Assembly: GCA_904063045.1 (NCBI GenBank)
Contig: CAJFCJ010000009.1
Span: 2,480,968-2,544,967, forward strand
From: Dimorphilus gyrociliatus
Lineage: Eukaryota > Animalia > Annelida
DNA length: 64,000 bases
Direction of reading: 5' to 3'
This document shows, in pieces, positions 53,795 to 64,000 of this stretch. The notes beneath the pieces were generated by a model. It did no database searches, was not told the DNA's origin, and was given only the letters and a program-made list of their open reading frames with translations. How positions within the stretch are numbered: the stretch's first letter is position 1; each line of letters starts with the position of its first letter. The translations under genes and the position numbers were made by a program.

Positions 53795-56540
53795 CTAACC
53801 ATCTTTTACAACGTCGCTATTAGTTTTACTTGACTTAAGCATTCTATTAAAAAAGAGATATTTTCTTATATATCGACGATAAAAGTGTAGAAAAACTACA
53901 AAAATGACAGCTATGCAAAGTAAACTAATGAGGATGTTTAAATAAGTATTGGAAATATTGGAAATCTCATGAAGTGTCTTTTTAGGATCGTCTTCCATTT
54001 TAGTACTAAACTTCCCAGTGGATCTTTTAGTCCATAATGTGTTAAATGTATATTTATTATTATAATAATCGCTTTTATATGAAATTTCATCTTTTGAATT
54101 CGATGAATTAAAGAGAATATCTTTTGTTACTAATATGGTTCCACCTATTATTCCAAAAATAGATATTGCACTTATAACACCGGCAAGGATGTTAATTTTT
54201 TTCGAGCATCTACAGCAGAAACATTTGTTGCTATCATCGTTATCAGGGTCAATTCTGAATCGTTTTGGCATCTTTGCGTTTTTAGCATGTTCTATCAATT
54301 CCAAAGATACATCATTATCATCACCATCAAATTCTTTCAATTCTTGTTTACTATCTGTCTTTTTATCTAGAGGAACTAAAGCTTCTTCGTAAAGATCCGA
54401 TGTCAAAACTTTTATATCCTTTACACTTTCAATAGTTATCTCTTGTTCATCGAATCTTATAAAGTAATTAGTTTATAGACATAAATATATATATATAAAT
54501 GCTGTATAACTTAATTAATACTAGCTTATTAAAAAGCGGTAATATTTCATTGACCTTATCCTGAATGTAGTCAGAGTTCTTTTGTAGCAATTTAATTCTA
54601 AGTATTAACCTATCTAATACATATTCATTATCAATATTATTAATAGTTCTAAATCTCCTGTAAAGCAAATAAGATTGAATTTTATTTGTTTGTTTATTTG
54701 TTTTTTTTTTTAAAAAAAAGTTAATGAAAGTGATTTTTTTTACCTTTTAAGATTCTTGTCTTTCAAGGTTATTGAACTTAGATGTTTTATTCCATAGTAA
54801 TAGAAATTCACTAATAGTATAGTCATTCTTACATAACTTTTTAACTGGTTTAAAGATCTGTAAAATTACGAAGATTAATACAAATGTTTTATTTACTTTT
54901 ATGTTTTCTTAACAGTTTATCCGCACTATCATAAAGATTTGATATTGATTCATGAATATTTTGAGGTAGAAAGAGAATATCATCATAATAAAAGAATAGT
55001 CTATCATCTTTAAATATATCTTCAAAAATTCTCTTATCTATATGTTTAATTTCATCTGCAAATGTAGATAAATCTCCTTTGTTCAAAAACCTATCAGACA
55101 ATTCTGAAAGAATGAACTTATGAACTTTATGTCAGTTTTTTTAATATAATTACTTATACCATAAAATCGCTCAGATCTTAAATTAAGAATATACTTGGAA
55201 GGTTCTCTATCTTGCCAAAACTTTTTATTATAATGAAGAATAATACTATTAAACTCATCCGACGCCAGACGTTTAACAAAATCAAAGTTTATTAATTCAT
55301 TATCCATTTTATTCATAATATTTACAAAGTCTTTTGTATTTTCTTTAAATTTGTTAAAATCACTTAAAAATCGATAAAAGTTTTATTATAATATTGAAAA
55401 TAAATTGATTATATTTTACGATAAATCTGGAATATCATTTTCCGGAAATATTTCTTCAATAGCATCATAACCTCTCTTTAAAAGTGATGAAAATGAATCA
55501 AAACGATTAATTAAATTTTTGATGAGTATTAAATCTTTCTTAGCTTTTTTAGCATCATTTCTAAAGTTTCTATTAAAGGAAAGAAACAAAGAGCTCTATT
55601 AAAACAGAGAATTAATTTATGTATTTTTTACATTACTCAAAATATAATGCACTTAATGAATCTAATGCTTGAGATATCTTTTCAGATGTTCTTAATCTCC
55701 AAGTTAAACCAGTTTTTATTTGGCTAATGTAAAATGAACCTTGTTCTTTAAGCGAATATCTAAAGGATTCCGATATATCGTAAATTTCACTTTATTTACG
55801 AAAATAAAGAGGTTATTTAAGAATAAGATTAAAGAAAAAATAAGATATTTAACATTGAACTCTTAAAAGCTCTAAAGCATTTTTCATAATTTTCAACTAT
55901 TTGATCCTTTAATTTCTTACTAAAGAACGTATCAATCAAGGAGGATATTCGATAGTTGGTATCATATTCTCTCTGCATCTCAAAATGATAATTATCAAGT
56001 GATAAGTCTCTTAACATAAATGAAACCTCTTTATCAACTTTTGAAGGTTTTCGAAAAAACGAAGGATTTTCTAGAAATCGATACAAAGTGAACATTTCTA
56101 AATATATAATATATTTCCTAACCTATTCCTATGTATCTCTTTCTTTGTAACCTTTTCAAAAGAGCCTTGTTAAGTGGTAATCCTTCATCCGACGCTTTGT
56201 CAAAGTTTTTATAATCCTCTTGATAATTATCTTTGTGTTTATATATATGTATATATATATATATATATGGAATATAAGAAATTTTAAGATAAAATGATAC
56301 ATTTGTTCGTATTCGGAGCAGTCTTGTATTTATTTTTAGAGTCTAAAATTGCATATTGTAAGAGTAAATTATATTAAATATTGAACAGCATGGAAAATAT
56401 TATACCCTCCGGTGTTTGTTTATCAGGAAAGTACTCTAGCACTTGACCTAAGCAAGAGAAAAATATACAACTTCATCTATATTTACTTTGTACTAAGGAG
56501 AAACATACCAAGTTTTATAATATCGCTATCACTCTTTCCT
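53795..56540 (-). CDS. Orphan multi-exon gene with two C-terminal hydrophobic helices; 5' end uncertain
   Basis: Chain of exon-like segments separated by 50-70 nt GT-AG introns (e.g. QVLEYFPDKQTPE, YQEDYKNFDKASDEGLPLNK, YSLKEQGSFYISQIKTGLTWRL). The last exon has CFCCRC, ILAGVISAISIFGIIGGTILV and ILISLLCIAVIFVVFLHFY. Confidence 0.5.
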
Positions 56541-56936
56541 TATTTATATGAAAAATGAATAAATTTAGTTATATTTGCATATATTAAATATACAGAAATA
56601 AAATTTATATATATATATATATATATATAGTTAACTCCTAATCGTCTTTTTTCTTCCTTTAATAAAATATATAAAGAATAAATGTAATTTATTTTGCTGA
56701 TATGGGTCATTCTAGTAATAAAAACCTGTTAAACTAGCTATTTGAACAAAGTAAAAACTCTTATTTTGATCCTTAAAAATAGATAAATAACATGGCATTA
56801 ATTACATAGTAGAAAGATATAGTTATATAGTATTTATGATAATAATTATTAATAAAACCTGAGAAATGCTTAGATTTTGTAATTGATTATTTGTGTCAAT
56901 TCCATAACAAAGTGTAATTAGAGACATTAACGTTAG

Positions 56937-56973
56937 ATAGTAATAATAGTAACAATAATAATAACAATAATAA
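56937..56973. repeat. (AAT/AAC/AGT)n trinucleotide low-complexity repeat
   Basis: taataatagtaacaataataataacaataataac. Confidence 0.8.
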
Positions 56974-57111
56974 CAGTCAATTAAGATCATTCTTTCTATC
57001 TATAATTCTATCTTTCTATATTTATAACATCCATTATCACCAAAGAAAACTAGTGGTGGCAAACTATCTATACAATCTAATTTATATGAATATTTATTGT
57101 TATTTATTCAT

Positions 57112-58318
57112 TTAAATAGAATATTTTTGAAATTTTAAATAGATAGTTTTTTTCCATAAGATTTTCTAACAATTGTTAATTGATTCATAAACTTTTGACG
57201 AATAAACTGGTAGAATTCGTATTCTATTGCTAATAAATCTCTCATAAAAGTAGCAGTTTTATCTAATAAAGCTGATTTCTTTATTGTTTTATATTTTACT
57301 TCGACATTCTTTTGCTTTTTTAAATAGGTTTCGTAAATTCCGCTAAAGAATAATGGAAGGAAATAATCAAGTACTTCGGTTGTTTCTTTTAGATATTCTG
57401 TTAATCCAACAACAGCGAAATAATTTTCAACATTGTAGATTGCTTTATCTAGAGCTTTTCTTGTCGGTTTTCTTTAATGTTTCACAAATATTATTCGTAA
57501 ACGTGTAATATCTAATTACTAACCTGCAAAAGGGCTCATGACCGCAAAAGAAAGGTATAATCTTGTAATATCCTTCTTCAGCACTATTTCCTAACGGTTC
57601 AACACATTCCGGGATATTCTTACTAACACATTCATCAAAGGACTGTAAGAAAATAATTAATTATCAATATTATAGAATATACAAGATAGATCTTACTCGA
57701 TAGCGAGTTGCATTATCCATATCTCTTATATGATCAGGTTGAAATCTTCGAAAATAATAGAAAGAACGCATTCTCTCTATAGGATCTCGTATAACATTAA
57801 TATAGGTAGGCTGGGTTCCATTATACCTAATAAAATATATTCTTGAATTTTAACTTGGAAACCTGCTTCACTCACTTTGAAAATTCTAGAAAATGATAAT
57901 GTCCTTCAAGGAGAAAAGGGCCAATGCTCTCCTCAAAAGTTTCAACTGTTTTATAATTATATTCATCTTCATGGAAATAAGGACTATACTCCTTCAGTTC
58001 GTGTACTTGAAATTTATTCGTTTCAGCAGATGTCTTTATTAATTCAATTATAGTCCGACTCCCACATTTAGGAACTCGATTGTAGAAGATTTTATTTAGT
58101 TGCACTTGTTTGTTTACACTTTGTAACGTCCCTCTGTCAGTGCGTTTAGCTGACGATAAGGTCAAGACTGGTTGAGTAAGAACCGATCGATTTAATTTCT
58201 TCTTAGTAGGGTGTATATTATTGAGAGAAATATGAAAATTATGATATACCAGAGCAATTATCAATAACGTTTGACACACAAGAACTGCCGTCAAAATATA
58301 ATTGCTTATCTTAACCAT
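57112..58318 (-). CDS. Heparan/uronyl 2-O-sulfotransferase family protein, copy B (4 exons)
   Basis: Type II membrane anchor, 5'-PSB FYNRVPKCGS, 3'-PB NVIRDPIERMRSFYYFRR, IIPFFCGHEPFC, AVVGLTEY, LAIEYEFYQF. Confidence 0.9.
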
Positions 58319-58654
58319 AACCTATGTAATTTTAACAAAGGAACAGTCGAATCTTTCTTCTTTGAAATTCAGATGTAATGAATAATATTAAGAAGTGACA
58401 ACTATTTAATGACTTGAAACATTAATATGATACATATGAACAAAGAAATAACAGATTGAGTATCGTTTTTTTGTCAATGTAGTTAACACAACTAAAATTA
58501 GATTAGTAATGATTTAAACTGAGTATTAAATTCATGTATTAGATAACGATAATAAGGAAGATATGCAAATCATAACAATAAACAAAAATCAAAAATTATA
58601 ACACCTGATTAGTCTTCCTTTTTCTTCTTTTTTAATATTATTGTTTTTTCAATA

Positions 58655-60197
58655 TTAAGATTTTTTTCTGGTAATTTGCAACTGTTTCTTTAAATTTTTG
58701 CGTACAAAATTATAGAATTCGTATTCTAAAGATAACAAATCCTTCATAAAAATGACGGTTCTTTTGGACGGCTTGAATTTTTTTACAGTCTTATGTTTTA
58801 TTCTTAGAATTGGGGCTGTTGAGAGAGAAAGAGAGAGAGGAAGAGAGTAAGAAATAAGGAATTTTCAATTAATTATATAATTAAAAGTACTATTTATATA
58901 AATATTTACATTGTTCCTTAAAAATACTTTGTAAACCTTCGAAGAAAGAAGGTAAGAAATACTCCAAAAGTTCGGCTGTCTCCTTAAAATACTCAGTTAG
59001 TCCAACAACAGTATAATAATTTTTAACATTCTCGATTGCTGTATTTAAAGCTTTCCTCGTTGGTTCTCTATAATTGAAATAAAAGTAATATCTAATTATT
59101 ACGTAATCATAATAATTACCTGCAAAATTCTTCTTGACCGCAAAAGAATGGTATAATTTTAAAATATCCTTCTTCGGGATGATCTCCCATTGGTTCAACG
59201 CATTCGGCATGCTTTTCACTTACACACTCGTCGAAAGACTATTTATTCAAATATATATACTGTATTTACTGTATTTAGTAGTAATAATTGCCCTTACCCT
59301 ATCGCGTTTAATACTCTCCATCTCTCTTTCATGTCCTGGCTGAAATCGTCGAAAGTAATACCAAGAGACCATTCTCTCCAGAGGATCTCTTATTATATTG
59401 ATATAGATAGGCTGAGTGACATTATACCTGCAACGTGTCAAAGTGTATTCCATGTGTATTTAACAATTTCAAACTATTTAATTTGCATAAATAGTCTTAA
59501 AATTCTTAAATTTTTCCTTAAACGTTAAAATTTAGTAGGAAAATATAATAATTTTTAATTTATACCTTATTTATATACAGTAGTATATATATTTATTATA
59601 TATGCTGTATAATTCCAAAAAATAGGCTGACTTTTGTTATAATATTTGCAATGTAAACTAGATTTATTTTACTTGGTTCAGTTGAAATCATTTCGCAAGC
59701 AATTAGGATATTTTTTGTATAAAGTAGCTTAAAAGTTACTCAAAGTTTACGTTTATTTAAATAGAAAATCGTGCATTTCTACTATGATTTACTCACTTTT
59801 TGAATTGCATAAAATGATAATGCCTTTCGTAGACAAAAGGTCCTGATGCTTTATCTATCCAACTTGCCAATTTTCTCTTCTCTTCTTCACTGTCGAAAAA
59901 CGTCATATAACGGGGATCTCTAACAACTTGAAATCCATTCCTTTCGGCGGATAAATGTAATAAATCAATCATACTATGGCTACCGCACTTTGGGACACGA
60001 TTATAAAAGATTTTTCCAAATGTTGATAGGTCATATGACCTACCATTTCTATAAAAAACACCTTTCCTTGTAAAGTAAAAGTTTTTATAAAGTAAAGCAG
60101 TTATCATAAAAGTTTGACAAACTATAATTAAAATAAGACTAGCAGGTTTACTCCTAGTCATATTTTTTATTGAAAGTCGTGATTGGACACTAGCCAT
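58655..60197 (-). CDS. Heparan/uronyl 2-O-sulfotransferase family protein, copy A (5 exons)
   Basis: FYNRVPKCGS, NIIRDPLERMVSWYYFRR, IIPFFCGQEEFC, TVVGLTEY, LSLEYEFYNF; tandem paralog of copy B. Confidence 0.9.
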
Positions 60198-60381
60198 ACC
60201 ATATGTATTAAACGATACGCATCATTAAGCCTTTGTTAGGTATTGTATTCAGCTAGTTTTAACAGCATAAAAAAGCTATAGACTGCATATATATAAACGT
60301 ATATGAATATTCAAACATTTTTACTCCTTCTTATTCATTGTGTTTTTCCATTTCTTATTACTTCTTTTACACGATTTTGAC

Positions 60382-60747
60382 CTATTTAATATCCTCGTAC
60401 AAACTACTAGCCTGCTAAGGAAGAAAAAGAAGAGAATTAATAATAAAAGAAGATTGTTTATTTTTTTTTTCAATACTTCTAATAAGTTTGCGAGTTTTTG
60501 GAAAGTATTTTCCTGTTTTTCTAGATTATTAACAATTTCCGATCCAATTGCCAAACGTTTCTGGAGTTTCAATCGATTACAAACTTTTGATGATTTACAT
60601 CTATATTTTTTAAACATATTGTTAAAGGGTATTATAAAAAAGATATGTTAAAGTCAAGAGGGTAGAATATATTTACTCCTGAGATGATCCATAGTTGATA
60701 AATGTGATAAATAGTATCAAAACAAGAAGGAAAATAGTTGTCTTCAT
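60382..60747 (-). CDS. Small orphan secreted peptide precursor (75 aa, 3 exons)
   Basis: Exons 60747-60677, 60600-60477 and 60414-60382 are joined by 76- and 62-nt GT-AG introns in matching phases: MKTTIFLLVLILFITFINYGSSQECKSSKVCNRLKLQKRLAIGSEIVNNLEKQENTFQKLANLLEQASSLYEDIK*. Confidence 0.7.
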
Positions 60748-60921
60748 CTTGTAAACAGTATTACTGTACTGTACACTACTTTGCACGCAAGTACGTGAGT
60801 AAGATTGGTTTGGCGCCTGGTTATTTTTAGATTTTGGTTCTCTTCTTTTGGCAGATGTTTCCTTTTCGTAAGCCTATTATTACACTTTTTTTCAATTGAA
60901 AGCGCCATCTGTAATATTAAA

Positions 60922-61452
60922 ATGGCGCGAAACGACGACGACATGGATGTACTCGAGACTATAGAAGTTGATGATAGTGTCATTGCTAAGGAAAAGAATC
61001 AAAAATTAATTAGATTACCATTATCACGAATCAAACAGATTATTAAGATGGATCCTGAGGTAACATTAGCAGGATCGGAAGCCGTTTTTTTGATAGCTAA
61101 AGCAACGGTTCGTCCTAATCTTTTTTTTCGTACGCTTGTCAGATGACGATTACATTATAATTACTGTTTTTATATATTTTAGGAATTGTTCCTACAAGAA
61201 TTTGCCAAAAATTGTGGTCGATTTGCAACTCAGGGTAAAAGAAAAACGCTAAAGAGACAAGATATAGGTAAATATACTCATTAGTATTGTAGAACCATTG
61301 GATTCCTTATTTCGAATATTATTAGATAGCGCAATTGATTATCATGATGCCTATGCTTTCTTAGAAGGTAAGCTATACATATTTCACGTATATATTGATA
61401 ATAATATGATATAATTTTCTACTGTTTAGGAGCTCTAGAAACTTTAGAATAA
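60922..61452 (+). CDS. POLE4: DNA polymerase epsilon subunit 4 (histone fold), 4 exons
   Basis: RLPLSRIKQIIKMDPEVTLAGSEAVFLIAKAT|ELFLQEFAK..QGKRKTLKRQDI|DSAIDYHDAYAFLE|G. Confidence 0.9.
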
Positions 61453-61560
61453 ATCAACTACATCAACCTATTATCGCTATATAATTTAAATATTCTTTTT
61501 GTGCATTTTTTAAACTTTTTTCCAAATTTATTTCATTTAAAGTTAAAATACAGGAATTAT

Positions 61561-64000
61561 TTAAATTTTACTTAATCTTACAAAACGATTAGTTTCTTTT
61601 AATAATCGATTTTTTAAGATTTTTTCATTATTCCTCTCTACGGCTTGAAAGGCAATATTCTTCTTGTGATTTTTATCATCTCTATCAGAATCATTTGGTT
61701 GTATTTGCTAAAAAAAATATTTCATCAGTTTTATAAGAGAATTAACTTGAATCATTTTTAATAACAAACCTTATTCAAAGTCGATATATTAGGACTAATA
61801 TCTGGTATAGACAGGAATTGAGAAGATTTACTATTGGTCTGAGCTTTTGATACTCTTCCCCTAGATATATACAAATATAGATTAACTATTATTATTATTC
61901 GTAAAATAATATAGTTAATAAGGTTTATTGAGATAATATCATATACCCGCATCTCGCTTGCATTAGACGCCCAAATGGAAAACTTTCGAACGTTTCCGTT
62001 TCTCTTTTACGCAGATAACCAAATTTTTTAATTAATTCATAAGATGTCATAGTATATTGATTCTGGAAAAAATTTGTTATCAATATATAAATTTTATTAT
62101 AGTATCTTTATTACTTCAATGGTTACAGTTGGTCCTGGAATGGTTGTAAATAGACCAACTTTCCTTAATAGTCCATTTGTTGGCTCGCTAACTAGAATAG
62201 AACCAGGTGAGCATTTTTTTTGTAATTGTCGAGCTATATGAACCGCATCACCAAATACCATAAATTTATCCATCTTTCCTCCAGTCATACAACCAACGAG
62301 TTCTCCCGAATGAATTCCAATATTCAATTTAATTTCGTACGATTGGTCCTCAAGAATTGGTCTTTCGTTTAGAGAGTTCCTCAACGATATTGCAACTCTA
62401 GCAATATCTAACGCGTGATTTGTATTTGGACAAATTAATCCAGAAACAAGAAGATAAACGTAGCAAGAATGATAAATCTTTATAATAAAGACTGGAATAT
62501 TTAAATAGTTTTTAACAAGAAAGAATATAACAAACTCTATCAACTTTATCATTCTTTGATAATAATCTATCAATTCTTTTGTGAAGATCTTGCAATAATT
62601 CAATAAGTTTATTAGCATTCATTGATTCAAATTCTTCGTGAAATCTATGAATTTCAATAAAACAAATTGAACATTCTTGTTCTTGATAAACTGGAATTTT
62701 AGGATTTATTGACTCGGCAAACTTCTTAACTAAATCCCTAAATGATCATAAATGAACAATCTCTTTACTAAATTATTATAGGTTGTTACTACCTGGGAGA
62801 ATAATATTGTATTTTATCAAGAGTATCGCTCTTAGCGTATTCTAATCTCTTATGAGCTTTAAATAGCTCATCTTCTAATGAATCTTGATAGGCATCCATC
62901 TCTTTGGTAACATTATCAATGAGGCTTATCTCCCTGAAAATATTCAAATTGTCAAAGGAGATATAATTTAAACTAATAATGCCTACTTTCCTTGAACCAT
63001 ATCTCGTAGTTCTTGACTTAATGCTTTTAAACTGGGTCTCTCCTTAGGCAATTCTTTCCAACATCTGATTATTTGAACGTAATATATTAAGCCTATTATT
63101 TATTATGATATACTTATACTTTGTAATGATCTCCGTAATTAATTTATGGGTATTCTGAAATTTTTCTACAATTTTAGGTCTAAATTTTGGAGTACGCTTC
63201 TTATCTATTATTGCGGCTATTATCTGTTTAGGTCTCATATACTCCCTTTCCAGATAAAATGGATATTTTCTTGTAATTATTTCCAAGAGAATTATACCGA
63301 ATGAATAGATGTCTCCCTCTTTACTTCCCTTTGGTTTTTTACCTCTTAACTGTTCGGGAGATTGCCAAAATCGCTCTTATATGTAATGATAAAATAGTAG
63401 ATCTTATTCGTCTATATAGTTTATATAAATAGTATATTTTCTAACTTATTCCCTCTATGAAATGATCTTTTTCACTTATCAAATAGTTTGTACGAATGTA
63501 ATCTAAACCAAAATCCGTTATTTTTACAGTCCACCTAGTGTCAACTACACAATTTTCACTTTTTAATCTACCATGAAAATTTATAGGACTATTATGCAAA
63601 TAATCTAAACCCTGATGAAATAATCATTAGAATTAAAGTATTGTAGGAATGTTGAATTACACTTTAATTGAATTACTTTGCAAATGTCTATTGAAAATGA
63701 TAGTTCAAATGTAGAATCCAATTTAAATCTTGAATTCTTAAATACTGTATGCAAACTTCCCCTTGAGCAATAGTCCAAAAGTAAACAAGGATATCTATAG
63801 TCTATACATACTCCACGATAAGGATTAATATTTTCATGTTCTATATTTTTAACCTAAATAAAATATAATATAAAATTAATGCAAATTTATGCAAGAACAT
63901 GTTTATTCAATACCAGTTTTAATTCTTGCAATATTTTCTTATTATTCAAATCGAAATTTTTATTTAATGGCTTTACAACTAACATTCCAAACTGAATTTC
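61561..64000 (-). CDS. Receptor guanylyl cyclase-like protein (kinase-homology domain plus degenerate cyclase domain), 5'-truncated by window
   Basis: KHD motifs [40 protein letters not shown]; helical linker [18 protein letters not shown]; cyclase-like [12 protein letters not shown] and VFGDAV. Stop TAA at 61561-61563. Confidence 0.85.

Noticed and set aside
39583-60381. Operon or trans-splicing arrangement of closely spaced same-strand genes (SPDL1-stum-KLHDC10; peptide-sulfotransferase A-B; COPS1-UT)
   Set aside because: Gaps of 185-420 bp are suggestive, but several contain their own promoter-like motifs and polyadenylation signals, and spliced-leader use cannot be seen in genomic DNA.

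Overview
This is AT-rich, gene-dense metazoan nuclear DNA with about 22 protein-coding genes in 64 kb, mostly 50-80 nt GT-AG introns and very short intergenic gaps. Gene content and compaction suggest a miniaturised invertebrate genome; a lophotrochozoan such as the annelid Dimorphilus is my unverified guess. Gene order: RTEL1(+, 5'-partial), LPCAT3(-), MSTO1(+), MED14(-), SURF2(+), ASCC2(-), OPA3(+), MCTP(+), HGD(-), SPDL1(+), stum(+), KLHDC10(+), ERCC5/XPG(-), orphan membrane protein(+), urea transporter(-), COPS1(-), one or two orphan genes(-), two tandem HS2ST/UST-family sulfotransferases(-), a 75-aa orphan secreted peptide(-), POLE4(+), and a receptor guanylyl cyclase-like gene(-, 5'-partial). 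I found no prokaryotic systems, CRISPR arrays, rRNA, tRNA or intact transposons. The most notable observations are: (1) a combinatorial MCTP locus with three alternative first exons, a duplicated mutually exclusive exon pair and in-frame microexons; (2) an apparent non-canonical GA-AG intron in KLHDC10; (3) a guanylyl cyclase domain lacking its catalytic residues; (4) orphan secreted and furin-site membrane proteins; (5) a urea transporter with an altered pore motif; (6) two structured non-coding elements. All gene models were assembled by eye, so exon boundaries need RNA-seq confirmation.
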